A stretch of 64,000 nucleotides of DNA from Octopus vulgaris (GCA_951406725.2 OX597820.1:110918001-110982000); one strand, 5' to 3'. Shown: positions 1 to 13,660, counted from the first letter of the stretch. Made by a program: numbers and translations. The notes: generated by a model from the letters alone, not told the origin.

Positions 1-103
1 GCATGAGCCTAATGTACCCTTATCAGACGTGTAGTCATGATAGGTATACTGAGCTTCGTGTATTTTACCCCAGTGTTACTTTGATTGCATGCCTTGCTCT
101 CTC
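1..103 (+). mobile_element. 3' end of the ~555-bp (AAT)n-tailed non-coding retroposon (family E)
   Basis: Reverse complement of the start of the 43578-44134 unit (...ttttaccccagtgttactttga...ctctctca), followed directly by (AAT)n. Confidence 0.8.
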
Positions 104-122
104 AATAATAATAATAATAATA

Positions 123-160
<38 letters not shown>

Positions 161-192
161 ATAATAATAATAATAATAATGATGATGATGAT

Positions 193-271
<79 letters not shown>

Positions 272-404
272 GCAACAGGGGGAAACGATTATTCTTACAA
301 GCTTATGCAAGTCTCAGAGCGAGTAGCAGAAATCAGTCATCTTCATTTACATCTGGAAATAAAATAGCAGACAGTAGAGGTCAGAGAATTGATGGGCTTG
401 TACG

Positions 405-791
405 CAGGGCCAGATTAGGACCCATAGAGGCCCTAAGCACTTGAAAGCTTTTAGTGCCCTCATGTATATGTAATTAAAAATATAAACAATAATAAACCAT
501 AAAATAAATGTTTATTTTTCAAAATGAAACCAAAGTAACAGTAAAATGGAAAATAATTATATACCTCCGCTTTATTTATATATGAAAAGTTTTCTACTAC
601 TTTTTTTTAATTGCTATATTTTTGACCAGATCCTCTCTACGACACTATGGGCACTTCGAATATTATTTTAGCAAGTTTAAAGAGATTTCTTTTGTGCCAC
701 AAAAGATTTACCATATCTGTGGTGCACCCACCTACATTCCCTTGATGATTTAAGCAAGTTCTTGTTTTGTTTTCTGGTTAATTCAGCACTG
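405..791. mobile_element. hAT-like MITE
   Basis: Imperfect TIRs cagggccagatta / taattcagcactg. 8-bp TSD cttgtacg (397-404) / cttgcacg (792-799). Confidence 0.65.
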
Positions 792-799
792 CTTGCACG

Positions 800-1085
800 A
801 TGTGACCCTCAGTAATGAAGACATTAGAAATTTAGAGAAATGATGCGAATATGATGACGATAAAGTTCAGACGCAAATAAAAGGATTCCTAAATTAAGAA
901 CTCGATTCTTCTTTTCTAATTTGAAGATAGAAAACAGATGGTAATAGCTACAGATCCGAATGCTCAGAAAGTGATGCAAATCAAAAGACAAGTTGATAAT
1001 GCACTCGCCTGCAACAAGGTCATTCACAAAGAGAAGAAGGAAAATCGATAGAAACATTCCATTCACGTTACTGATAAAAATAAAT
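800..1085 (+). pseudogene. Possible Tigger/pogo transposase C-terminal remnant
   Basis: Translation DPNAQKVMQIKRQVDNALACNKVIHKEKK resembles pogo-family C-termini. Recognised from memory only. Confidence 0.3.
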
Positions 1086-1218
1086 AAAATAAATTGTTTT
1101 TGCGTATGCATCTAATTTAATTTATTTTCTTATTTATGTCGATATTTGCACACTTTTATTCTCTAAGTTATTTTTGATAATTAAAAAATATTTTTCGAAG
1201 TCAAGATATATGTGTGTG

Positions 1219-1255
<37 letters not shown>

Positions 1256-1286
1256 GGAACTCTCTCTTCCTCTCTCTATTTTTCTG

Positions 1287-1332
<46 letters not shown>

Positions 1333-1397
1333 TACACACATATACATCCATGCATACATGCATTTCTACACAAACACAAATTCAAACACACGCACAT

Positions 1398-1457
<60 letters not shown>

Positions 1458-1548
1458 GCACGCACTTATTTTAGTCATATGACTGCGGCCATGTTGGGGC
1501 TCCACTTTGAAGAAATTTAATCGAACAAATCGACCCCAGTACATATGC

Positions 1549-1630
<82 letters not shown>

Positions 1631-1634
1631 GAGT

Positions 1635-3210
1635 TTGACTAATATTAAACACTGAACTTAAAGCTAAAAATTCGATAATAGGGATAAAAACGCTAGCCAT
1701 ATGAGTCATAAATTACAGCTCTAACTTAATAAATTGGAAGATCAGAGAATTGAGAAACCTAGGTAGAAAACTACTAACAGTCACCACCCCCAGGCAGACG
1801 CCCCAAACAGAATATATCTACCCCGCTAAGAAGGGAGCCGTGGCCTGATACAGATAGAAAGCTACCATAAAATAACAACAGTTGAACTAGCAAAGTACTC
1901 AGAAACAAAGAGCGGAAGACTACTGCACGTAATAAAGCAACACAAGAAAAAGAAAACGCTTTTCTCTATACACAAGGGGGCGACAAAATACAAAACAGAA
2001 GTCATCTACACTGACCTCAGAGGACAACATAGCGGAAATGACCAGAGAGACAAGAAACAACATGAAAACTGAATTACAAAGGACACTGAAGAAGAAATGG
2101 GGAGAAAAATCACTTCATAACCAGTACCCTACAAGGCTTCACAGAGAGAAAGTAAGCCTAAATAAAAGCCAAGAATGGCTCAAAAGCTCTGGACTAAAAG
2201 CTGAAATGGAAGGACCGATTCTCGCTGTACAAGACCAATGCCTGACTACAAACAATTATAAAAACAGAATAATGAAAACCAACACAATGGGACATTTGAC
2301 CACATCATCTCTGGTTGCCCTGTCTTTGCCAAGTCTCAATATGTATACAGACACGACAAAGTAAGCATTTACATCCACTTGACAATGTGCCAACATTACA
2401 TGAAAACTGACAGCAGGTGGTATAAGCATAAGCCAAGCAAAGTACAAGACAACGATCAGGCCACAATCATCTGGGATATGCTGTTTCAAACCGACAAAGA
2501 TTGGGGATAAAAAACACCTGTTTACTGATAGACATTGCAATCCATTCTGAACAAAATATTTATTTCTTTATTGCCCACAAGGAGCTAAACATAGAGGGGA
2601 CAAACAAGGACAGACAGGGGGATTAAGCCGATTACATCGAACCTAGTGCGCAACTGGTACTTATTTAATCGACCCCGAAAGAATGAAAGGCAAAGTCGAC
2701 CTCGGCGGAATTTGAGCTCAGACGGCAGACGAAATACCTATTTCTTTACTAACCACAAGGGGCTAAACACAGAGAGGACAAACAAGGACAGACAAACGGA
2801 TTAAGTCGATTATATCGACCCCAGTGCGTAACTGGTACTTATTTAATCGAAAGGATGAACTCAGAACGTAGCGGCGGACGAAATACCGCTAAGCATTTCG
2901 CCCGGCGTGCTAACGATTCTGCCAGCTGGCCGCCTTTCTGAACAAAATATTGTTAAAAAAGAAATGGAGAAATTGTCGAAGTACAAAGACCTCGAAATTG
3001 AAGAATTCAAAATGTGGAGCATGAAGGTAAAAACAATACCAATAATAACTGGAGTATTGGGCATGATAAAACAAATTATATGAACAAAAACGTAGAAGCT
3101 ATACTTGGATCCTCAATACTACACACTGTTAAAAAATAGAAACAGCCGACATCCTGTTAAAAAAATAGGAACAGTCGACATCCTGTTAAAAAATAGGAAC
3201 AGCCCACATC
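1635..3210 (+). mobile_element. Decayed R4/Dong-type non-LTR retrotransposon, 3' part with RLE domain, split by a SINE
   Basis: Fragments WLKSSGLKAEMEG..AVQDQ, DHIISGC, HDKV..YIH, LLIDIAI..E.N...KE.EKLSKYKDLEIE, with frameshifts. Confidence 0.8.
2561..2935 (-). mobile_element. tRNA-derived SINE family B, dimeric, with 16-bp TSD
   Basis: Minus-strand head ggcggccagctggcagaatcgttagcacg. TSD ttctgaacaaaatatt at 2545-2560 and 2936-2951. Core plus tail occurs twice. Confidence 0.85.
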
Positions 3211-3371
3211 CTATTACCCTCACGGGCTATCCTTTACTGGAAAGCAATATTCTCGTATTGCATTACTATTTTCATTGAAACTTCTTCACTGTTCTCGTTC
3301 TGTTAACGTTTTGGCGTTCAGACGAGTGTACTGGCATAGATGTGGCAACATTTGAAATATTGTCGAGGTTT

Positions 3372-3444
3372 ATGCAGCTGATGAAGATAAATCAAATATA
3401 CTTTTGGCAAGCGTATTTTGAAAAATCTGAAACCGGTACTGCAT
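3372..3444 (+). ncRNA. Minimal type-I hammerhead ribozyme (PLE-type)
   Basis: atgcag-CTGATGA-agat...atct-GAAAC-CG-GTA-ctgcat. Stem I 6 bp, stem II 4 bp, palindromic stem III ACCGGT. Confidence 0.8.
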
Positions 3445-3626
3445 TATCCGTTATCTAGGTTTTTCATTTTTCAGATGTTTTTCCTAGAGGTAAGACAATT
3501 TTTTTCATGTTTGTTGCACACACGCATCTTTACTAGTACATACGCAGTGAAGCTATACATTAGCGTCGTATTTATTACGTTCGCTATTTTCCAATAGATA
3601 TCGGTGCTTCGTTGTACCATTATTTA

Positions 3627-3677
<51 letters not shown>

Positions 3678-3679
<2 letters not shown>

Positions 3680-3950
3680 CGGGAAGCTTTATGAAAATAG
3701 ACAAAAGACGAAGGCAGGTTTACGGAAATAAACAAAAGACGAAGGCAGGTGGAATGCAAACAAACAATTGTATTAGTATGGCGCTCAGGAAATATAAATA
3801 AAACAAGTCTTTAACGTTTCGAGCCTACGCTCTTCAACAGAAAGATACACAGAGAAAAAACACAGAAAGAAGGAGAGAAAAAAAATGCGTGCAGAGGCTA
3901 GCGAATCAACATGGCGATCTGATTTCGGCCAGAAGTCAAAGATCAAACGT
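3678..3950 (-). mobile_element. PLE-terminus-like repeat family X with hammerhead variant (3808-3845)
   Basis: Near-identical to 33082-33326 in the opposite orientation. Both end at aagcttcccgtta followed by (TA)n. Confidence 0.7.
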
Positions 3951-4075
3951 GAGACGCAAGAGTGAAATTAGGGGAGATAATAGGGTTAAATGACCTCGCT
4001 CCAACATAAGAGTGTGTGCGTGTGTATGAGAAGAGTGTATGTGTGTGTATGAGAGAGTATTAGTGCGTATGAGAA

Positions 4076-4394
4076 GGCGCAGGAGTGACTGTGTGGTAAG
4101 TAGCTTGTTTACCAGCCACATGGTTCCGGGTTCAGTCCCACTGCGTGGCACCTTGGGCAAGTGTCTTCTACTATAGCATCGGCCCGACCAAAGCCTTGTG
4201 AGTGGATTTGGTGGACGGAGGCTGGAAGAGGCCCGTCGGATATATGTATATATGTATATATATATAGACGCAGGCGTGGTTTTGTGGTTCAATCCTACTG
4301 GGTGGCACCTTGGGCAACTGTCTTCTGCTAAAGCCTCGGGCCGACCAAAGCCTTGTGAGTAGATTTGGTAGACGGAAACTGGAAGAAGCCCTTC

Positions 4395-4396
<2 letters not shown>
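4076..4396 (+). mobile_element. SINE family A, two 5' halves
   Basis: tRNA-like head with A/B-box-like motifs (tgactgtgtgg...ggttcagtccc) and body ending gaagcccgtcg + (TA)n. Confidence 0.8.
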
Positions 4397-4432
<36 letters not shown>

Positions 4433-4451
4433 TTTTTTAAATATATATATA

Positions 4452-4519
<68 letters not shown>

Positions 4520-4525
<6 letters not shown>

Positions 4526-7500
4526 GTAAAATATGAAAATCAACGAAAATGCCATTGCAAATAAAAAAAGGCTATTTATGACAGGTAACGACTAATATAT
4601 ACATTTAAAATGACTGAGGTAGTAATAATAGTTATAAAAGTCATTATTATGAGATGATTATAAGATGATAATAAAGTAAGAGAACAAAGCGATTTGTAAG
4701 GGAGGTAAGTATTTCTGGATTTAGAGATGTGAGTGGTGTAGGAAGTGTATAGGGGTTAGTGGTTTTAATTGAAGATTTAGTGGTGTTCTGTAATGAGTTG
4801 TGTGTTCATATTTAGTTGGTGGAGAAATTTATTAATGAAAGATGCCTTTTTATTCAACCTTTGTTGCATTGTGGTGTTCTGTGAACATTGGTAAAAGGGA
4901 AATATTTAGAAATTGGGATTAAGATTCCTGGCACACCTTTCTATGTGTTCACTCACCTTTAACTGTCTGTATTGTGGGTGACGGATTTGCTCTTTGTGAA
5001 TGATTCTTTGACGGAGCGAAATTCCTGTTTGTCCAATATAGAGTTTACCACATCTTATGCATGTCATGACATAGATTACATTTATTGAGGCGCAGGTGAA
5101 ATTTGATTTGATCTTAAATATTTCTCCTTGTTTGAATTGGAATTCTGAACCCTCCAGAAGGTTCCACAGTTAGAACGTCCACATTTTGTCACTTTTGGCT
5201 CTGTTGTTAGTGGATACAGTCTAGCGCTGGTTAATATTTTTTTCAGTGACTTCGGTTGCTTTTTGATTTTTATAATTTTATATGAGCTTAAAATTTCGTT
5301 CATTGTTTTGTCTGCTGTGAGGATGGGAAGATTTTGGGTGATGATGTTGAAGGCTTCATTGTTTCTAGGGTTATGTGTGGAAATGTACGGGAGTATTTTT
5401 AAGTCTTGTTTAGTATTTCGGCTAGTTTTCCTTAACATTTGTATATCTATTTCCTTAGCTCTTTTGATGCCTTCATTTACTAATGAGATTGGGTAGTGCC
5501 TTTTAGTTAGTGTAGATCTAAGTTCAAGGAGTCTATGTTCTCGAGTGTATGTATCGGAAACTATGGTGCAGATTCTTTTCGCTAGGTTAAAGGGTATGTT
5601 AATTTTTATGTGTTTGGGGTGGCAGGAGTTAAATAATAGGTATTGTTTAGAATATGTGGGTTTATAAAAGATGTCTGTTTCTATGTGGTTGTTAACTATT
5701 CTAATTAAGATGTCTAGAAAAGGGAGTTGCTTACTGTTGTGTTCCATAGTGAATTGTATGTTGCTGTGTATGTTGTTGAGCATTCTTTTGAAATCAAGGA
5801 GTTGATCCATGCTGTCTTTCCAAAGTATGAAACAATTATCTAAATATCTCTTCCAGTTCTCCTTTAAGTACAATTAAAAGAGGCGCCATATTTTTCTAGT
5901 GATCATTGGTATAACTTGAGTTCGTGGTAACCCATTACGAGGTTTGCAACCACTGGAGCAGCTCTGGTTCCCATTGCAATTCCGCATTTTTGTCGATAGT
6001 AAGTAGTATCGAACAAGAAATGATTGTTCAGCAGGACGAATTTCAGTGCTTCAATTATAAAATTGTGGTTAATTCGTCCTGAGATCTCTTCTGGGTATTT
6101 TTCTAGCCAAAATGTGATTGCTTCTATACCATAGTCGTGTGGGATACTGGTGTATAGATTTACCACATCGAAAGATACCAGTAGTGTTCCGTCCTTTACT
6201 GTCTTCGGGAGGTGGTTCAGCATGTCTAGGTCATCCCTGATAAAGCTTTTCACATATTTTAAAAGAGGTTTGAGAAATATGTCGAGGAAGTTGCTCAAAC
6301 GGTAGGTTTCACAAGAAGGGCCAGCTATGATGGGTCTCAGTTTGAGGTCAGTAGGGGGAGGGACATTAATGCATAGGCTTGTAGAGACTTTCCAGGCTTC
6401 ACAAATGTGTGGATTTTTATGTATTATGGGTAATCCGTAGAATAGACTAGGACTGTATTTGAAATTGGATAAATAGTCTATTTCATGTGTAGTAAGACCC
6501 TTTCCATGAATTTGGAGTAAGGAGGATAAGTTTTTCAGTGTTTTCTATGGGTTGTAATAGTTTCTCATAGTAAGTATTATTTTCCAACATGGAAAGTATT
6601 AAATTTTTGTAGTACTCTATATCCATCAATACTACCGCACTTCTTTTGTCGGTTTCTTTAATAGTGAGGTTTATGTCATTTTTTAGCTCGACAAGATCTT
6701 TCCATTCGTTTAAATTAAGGTTGGATTTGATGGGTTGTTTTGGAATGGTATTGTAAGGAAAACAAGTTATGTGATCACAGAAAACACCAAGTGCTTTATT
6801 TCTACCTTTTGTAGGATGGTGCTCTCTTTTGTTTTTCACTATTGAATCATCTTCACTGGTGTAGTTGTAAAGAGCTTCTGTGAGGCGTAATTTTCGGCAG
6901 AAGTCCAAAGTATTGTCCTTGATTTCATTCGGGTTCGATCTGCGGGGGGTAGGGGTAAATTTTAAACCTCTTGCTAGGATTTTGATTTGTATAGAACTCA
7001 GGATTTTCTTTGACAGGTTGATTATTTTCGGTTGGACTTGTTTATTTGTTTCCATTTCACATCTCTGTTTCTCTGGTTTGCGTCTAAAAAATGGTTGTAG
7101 TATGTGGATTGTAGTGGAAGGTCTGTATTTTGTTTGGTTTGCTGAGGAAAAGGTGGGTGTAAAGTGTGTCTATGGTAGTATGTTTGTGGTGGAGTGGTTG
7201 TGGAGTGTACTGGATTATGGTTGTACTGAGGGTTGTTATATCGTCTGTGGCTAATGTAGTTTGGGTTTAATTGATATTTAATATCGTGATATGGTTGGAG
7301 GGAGAGGTTATGTTGTCTAGTCATGTTTTGTTTCGTTGACTGCTTGAAGTGGCTGTGTTGGGGGTAAAGTCTCGGAGGTAAGTTCTTCCTGGTAGGAATT
7401 GTTTCATCAAAACTTAGGTTAGTCTGGAAGTTTCGATGAAATCTTTGGTTTGTATGTGGGATACCTTGAAGATTAAGTCTAGATTTCCTCCTGTGGGTTG

Positions 7501-7649
7501 AATTATCGATAGTTGTTTGATAGTTATTTGGGGGAGTAAGAGAGTTAAAGAAGGTCGAGTTGCGACCCTAGACCGTCTGTGGTTTGTGTTTAATACACAT
7601 GGGGTCATTTCTGTGTCTGTTTTTGGTTTATTTTTCTTCAGGAAGGGGT

Positions 7650-7650
<1 letters not shown>
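4520..7650 (-). pseudogene. Decayed Neptune-type Penelope-like element
   Basis: Frameshifted ORFs 6483-7055, 5903-6298, 5082-5873 contain GLKFTPTP, SFDVVNLYT, GIAMGT, RYLDN, LPFLDI, CGRSNCGT. A YIGQT GIY-YIG remnant lies at ~5025-5045. Confidence 0.9.
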
Positions 7651-7713
<63 letters not shown>

Positions 7714-7715
<2 letters not shown>

Positions 7716-7921
7716 CTGTGTGTGTGTCTGTGTTTGTCCCCCCCACCATCGCTTGACAACTGATGTTGGAGTGTTTACGTCCTCGTAACTTAGTGGTTTA
7801 GCAAAAGAGTTCTATAGAATAAGTACTGGGCTTACAAAGAATAAGTCCTGGGATCGATTTTTTCGACTAAAGGCGGTGATCCAGCATGGGCGCAGTCAAA
7901 TGACTGAAACAAGTAAAAGAA
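7714..7921 (+). mobile_element. SINE family A 3' half (partner of 4268-4396)
   Basis: gtgtttgtccccc...gcttgacaac...gactgaaacaagtaaaaga, as in intact copies at 12640-13130 and 59936-60364. Confidence 0.8.
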
Positions 7922-8053
7922 TATATATATATATATATTTTTTCAATAATAATAATAACGGTAAAATTAATTAATTAATTAGTAATTAATAATTTTACCA
8001 AGCAGTGTTCAGTATGTAAAAGGACCATTTACGGCAAATTTAAACAATATTTT

Positions 8054-8216
8054 ATATAATTAGGGTTCAGCAAAAAATTTTTGCTTTACCACTCACTGAA
8101 CTTCTACTTTAAGAGGAGTCTCCTAAAGTAGAAGAAATAGCTAATTTTTTTGGCTGCTATTTCTAAAAGTTCAGTGTGTGATAAAGCAAAATTTTTGTGC
8201 TGAACCCTAATTATAT
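8054..8216. repeat. T-shaped fold-back palindrome
   Basis: ~50-bp outer arms (8054-8103 / 8167-8216) enclose two hairpins (8104-8131, 8133-8164). Confidence 0.85.
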
Positions 8217-8334
8217 TACATATATATATATATATATATATATATGCATATTTAGATTGAGGAGATAATTATAATCTTGGCTATGACCTCACCACATCAA
8301 GCACGATCGTGATTAGTGTAGTAATCCAAAATAA

Positions 8335-9350
8335 AAACGTGATTGTTTTGCTGTAACAGTTGTATCCACATCCAGTTCTGTTTAGCGTGTCAGATAAAGC
8401 TGCCAGTGCCAAGCAGAAAAGAAGTGGAGTGAGCGTGTCTCCCTGGAATATTCCTCTTCTAATGGGGATGGCTTTGATTTTTATGAGTCCCTCTTTTGTC
8501 TGGAGCTGTAGCACTTTTGGCCATTTATTCATGGAACGTTTTATGCCTTATGATTATTGGTGATACCTTGTTCATGGCTAGTGTATCAAGGATCCATGTG
8601 TGGGAAATACTATAAAAAACCTTTCGATAGTAGATCCAAGCCATGTTTAGACCCTTCTTTTTCCTTCGGCTTTCTTCTGTTATAGCTTTATTGATCAATA
8701 ACTGATCTTTGCAGCCGTATGATTCCTTGCAGCATCCCTTCTGCTCTTCTGGAAACAAGTGGTTTTCTTCCAGATGTTTTGCCAATTCTCTGCGATGTTA
8801 TTGTAGTAAAGGCTTTGTAAATTGTAGGGAGATAAGTTATCAGTCTGTGGTTTTGTGGGTTTGTCGTTGCAGTGGATTTGGGGATTAAGATGATTTTCCT
8901 TTCCTTGGGCCATTCAGGCGTTGTCTCTGGCTCTAATAGTATCTCAGTCAACGTTTTATTATTCCTATTAGACATTTTAACCAGAAATTGAGGATCTTGT
9001 CGTGCCTGAGTGCCTTCCATTTGCTTAGTTTTTGTGGTGCCTGGGTCATCTCTTCCGTTGTTATAGGAGTCCAGAGTTGTTCAGGTACTGTATTTGTTAT
9101 TTTGATAGATCTTTTCTGAGGTTGTTCCTTCACCGCCCATATTTCTTTCCAAAATTCTTCCACTTCTGCTGTTGATGCTGCATTGATCTCTATTTTATTT
9201 TTGCCAAGTTCTTGGTAGAATCTTTTGGGGTTGGAGTTGAACTGTTTGTTTTATTCGAAGAAACGTTGGCGTTTCCCATACAGACGGATTCTTTGTGCTT
9301 TGGCGAGGTTATCTTGATTTAGCTGTTCTTTTACCTCAGGTACCTTGTTC
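8335..9350 (-). mobile_element. R4/Dong-type LINE RT fragment
   Basis: EEQKGC..GCKDQLLIN, MAWI.YRK...SISH, RRGIFQGDTLTPLLFCLAL across frameshifted ORFs. Confidence 0.8.
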
Positions 9351-9361
9351 TGTAATTTTGA

Positions 9362-9451
<90 letters not shown>

Positions 9452-9693
9452 CTCAACCCCAGGTGTCGCAATCACACTTAATATCAAAATAAGGAAACTG
9501 CAGTTAATTCAACGCAACTATCTTCTACACCTATGCACACAGATACCATCTCTAGTGATTTTACCTGCTCTTAGATCCGAAACTTTGATATAAAAATTAA
9601 TGAAATTCATGACTGTAAAATTAATGTTAATAATAACCTTATTTGTACCACCAGTAGTAATAAAAGGGATACTTGAGTAAGTGTAACAATAGC

Positions 9694-9823
<130 letters not shown>

Positions 9824-10307
9824 GGGAGCATTAGTAGGGATGATAATGAAAATGTTTAAGATAATGACAATAGGAATAATTACTGTATTAATAATCTCGG
9901 TAGAGCAAATAACAACGATTACAATTCTGGTACCAATAATTATAAGGTCAAAAACAAGAAAAGCCATAATAATATGCGGAATACTAAATTTAGCAATACA
10001 TATACCACACCAAGTGATAAGCACAACAGCAGTTATATGCATAATTCTGAAAGGAACACTACGTGTACCAAGGTGAGTCCGTCAAACATAACCACTGAAA
10101 TGACTCACACTAATAGAAGAAAAAAAGGAATGTTACCTGATATAGCCCTTCACATAATCTCCTGATAAAAGACTAACGTCTGAAACGCTAAATCACCTTT
10201 TCTTTCCAATAATGCGTTAAACTAATACCATATTTATTAAAACTTGTTTCTCCTCTGTTGTATTGTTCTTCATTGTATTTATATATGTATGTATGTGTGT
10301 GTACGTA

Positions 10308-10361
<54 letters not shown>

Positions 10362-10591
10362 TGCGGATACACGCACGCGCAAGTGTGTGCGCGAGCGAAT
10401 TAATGTTGTTCATTATTCATTTTTTAAATTATATATTTCTGATATATATATTTCTTTCCTGTGATATCTTATTGATTTTTGTGGGTTTGTGTATACATAT
10501 ATATGTGCGTGTTTATACTTAACTGAGTGTACGTGTATGCTTGTATGTATATATGATGTATGCTTGTTTTTAAGCGTGTTCATATGCATGC

Positions 10592-10624
<33 letters not shown>

Positions 10625-10659
10625 TATGTGTACGATTATTATTATTATTGTATTCTTTC

Positions 10660-11063
10660 TTTCTTTTACTTGTATCAGTCATTTGACTGTGGCCATGCTG
10701 GAGCACCGCCTTTAGTCGAGCAAATCGACCCCAGGACTTATTCTTTGTAAGCCTAGTACTTATTCTATCGTTCTCTTTTGTCGAACCGCTAAGTTACGGG
10801 GACGTAAACACACCAGCATCGGTTGTCAAGCGATGTTGGGGGGACAAACACAGACACACAAACATGCACCCCCATGCCCCCCACAAATATATACATATAT
10901 ACAGCGGGCTTCTTTCAGTTTCCGTCCACCAAATCCACTCACAAGGCTTTGGTCGGCCCCAGGCTATAGTAGAAGACACTTGCCCAAGGTGCCACGTAGT
11001 GGGACTGAACCCGGAACCATGTGGTTGGTAAGCAAGCTACTTACCACACAGCCACTCCTATGC
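10660..11063 (-). mobile_element. SINE family A, full length
   Basis: Reverse complement of both halves, with internal microsatellite. Confidence 0.85.
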
Positions 11064-11066
11064 CTG

Positions 11067-11134
<68 letters not shown>

Positions 11135-11546
11135 GTCATCATCATCATCATCATCATCATCTTCATCACCATTATTTCTATAATAATAATAAAAATAATG
11201 AATTATGTCTTTCCATTTCTTTAATAATAATGATTTCTTTTAGATATTTTTTCACACGGAATCTAACATGTACCCTGACACACCTACATACACAACATAC
11301 TAACCCACATGCATATACAACACACCCCCATGCACACAGAGACACGGATATATTTAAATACGTAACAATAATAGCAGAGCAAATATGCGTGAACCACTAC
11401 AATAGCAAAAATAGAAAAAACACAGACAGCAAAACCAAAATTAATAAAATAATATTGATACTATTGTTTATTGTTATTGTTGTCGTTGTTAATAACAATT
11501 ATAACAACAACAACAACTAATAATAATAATGATACTGAAAATAACA

Positions 11547-11592
<46 letters not shown>

Positions 11593-11617
11593 CAACAACA
11601 ACAACAATAATAATAAT

Positions 11618-12031
11618 GCTCAATACCACAGATTTGCTTGTCAGTTGCTTGACCTTCACCAGTTGAGCATGTCCCTTAGTGGCTGACGATATGTGCGTCT
11701 CTGATCATGAGCAGAAGGAGTGAGGGAAAGCATCATAGCCATGTGTTGAGAGGAATACTTTGTAGTTTGAATAATTAACTTCTGGAAACATGGGTATTTT
11801 GCTCATCACCCTTAAACAAACCTTATTTAGGGACCTTTTGAGCGAGATGGACTACTCAACCTGAAAAAGTTCTAGCTGGGCCCCAGCTACAAGGTCATGC
11901 GCTGTATTTCTTGATATAAGGTCACTATATCGCGCACATATGGTTATCAGACGGTAGTCATGATGGGTATACTGGGCTTCATGTATTTTACCCCAGTGTC
12001 ACTTTGATGGCATGCACTACTCTCTCACTCA
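11618..12031 (+). mobile_element. 5'-truncated family E retroposon in an (AAT)n tract
   Basis: Reverse complement of the 43578-44134 unit lacking ~115 bp at one end. Ends ctctctcactca + (ATA)n. Confidence 0.8.
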
Positions 12032-12344
12032 ATAATAATAATAATAATAATATTTATCAAAAGGACGATATCAAAAGACGAATATCATTACCATCATCAT
12101 CATTATCATTATCGTCATTATTAATTACACTATTTTTCATAATGATGATGATGATGATGGTAATGATCAATGCAATAATTGCTGTAGCCAAAGATCATTA
12201 TCGTCGATCAATTGATTGGAAATAAATTAAATTTAAGATAAAATGGGGAATGAATTTTATAGAATGGGAAGATTAATCTTAATTATAGTTTTTTCCAATA
12301 GAGGCAAAGAAATGTTGAAGATGAAGACGACGATGACGACAATT

Positions 12345-12515
12345 TTGGAGGAGGGGATAAGTCGATTACATCGACTCCATTGCTCCAATGATACTTGTTT
12401 TATCGACACAAAAGGATGAAGTGCAAATTCGCTCGGCGGAACCGGAACTCCAAACGTAAAGGCAGACGAAATGCCGCTAAGCCCAGCGTGCTAACGATTC
12501 TGCCAGCTCACCGCT
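12345..12515 (-). mobile_element. SINE family B
   Basis: aaggatgaa...gtgctaacgattctgccagctc. Confidence 0.7.
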
Positions 12516-12639
12516 TTGCTCATGATGATGATCAAGTGAGGTGGGCATTACATGGTCAATTTACATTTTATGTGGGAGTTTACATAAAAGGTAACAGGAA
12601 AGAAAGGGAAAGGACAAGTGAAATAAAAGTATACATTTT

Positions 12640-12798
12640 GGCTGTGTGGTAAGATGCTTGCTTCCTAACCACATGGTTCCGGGTTCAGTCCCACTGAGTG
12701 GCACCTTGGGCAAGTGTCTTCTGCTATAGCCTTAGGCCGACCAAAGCCTTGTGAGAGGATTTGGTAGACAGAAACTGAAAACAGCCTGTCGTATACAC

Positions 12799-12833
<35 letters not shown>

Positions 12834-13130
12834 TGTATGTATGTATGTATGTATGTATGTATGTATGTATGTATGCATGTATGCATGTATGTATGTACGT
12901 ATGCATGCATGTGTGTGTGTGTGTGTCTGTGTTTGTCCCCCCAACATCGCTTGACAACAGATGCAGGTATGTTTACGACCCTGTAACTTAGCGGTTCGGC
13001 AAAAGACATCGATAGAATAAGTACTAGGCTTACAAAGAATAAATCCTGGGGTCAATTTGCCCGACTAAAGGCGATGCTCCAGCATGGCCCCAGTCAAATG
13101 ACTGAAACAAGTAAAAGAATAAAAGAATAG
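12640..13130 (+). mobile_element. SINE family A, near full length with internal (ATGT)n
   Basis: Both halves are contiguous around the microsatellite. Confidence 0.85.
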
Positions 13131-13149
13131 TAGACACAATATGTGAACA

Positions 13150-13660
13150 CATGATGCAGTCCTCCTGACTCAGAAGAATCTCCAAATAAGGTCAGCCAAA
13201 GAAACCCACAGAGCCAGGATTATCACGACCACAAAGTGCACAAGCTCTAGTCCAATCTATAGGAACATGCTTAAAGTAGGTCCATTCACCCTTACCATTT
13301 GTGCAACAGTCAGCAACCTTTTCACTGGGAGACTGCACTTCCCTCTCCACCATCACTTAGAAAAGTCGATGAAAGTGTCACTGAAGAGGAAGATATCTAA
13401 CTTTAATTCCTTCAGCCTCGCCCACCATACAACCTCTTCCGCCATAGCCACTAGGCAAAGGAACACCGCAAACCCTGCCTTGATAAAGGCGTGTTGCCAT
13501 AAGTCGTGAGCTTGCAGTTTGAAGTCTACTTGAAGGGACCCAGATAGCATCACTTCTGCCCTTGAAGTTAATTCCAAGTTTAACAATGCTGTCATGTAAT
13601 ACGCAAGATGTAACAAAGTAGGAGGAAGCCGTCTGGCTTTTTACAAGTCCCCCAGATAAC
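13150..13660 (-). mobile_element. Old Tx1/L1-like LINE 3' fragment
   Basis: KAGFAVFLCLVAMAEEVVWWARLKEL..DIFL aligns by eye with REGRAIFIILEAMAKECIWRTRLKGL..NTFL at 33786-34052. Confidence 0.6.

Noticed and set aside
8054-8216. Endogenous parvovirus ITR
   Set aside because: No NS1/Rep or capsid remnant nearby. The context matches the other fold-back insertions.
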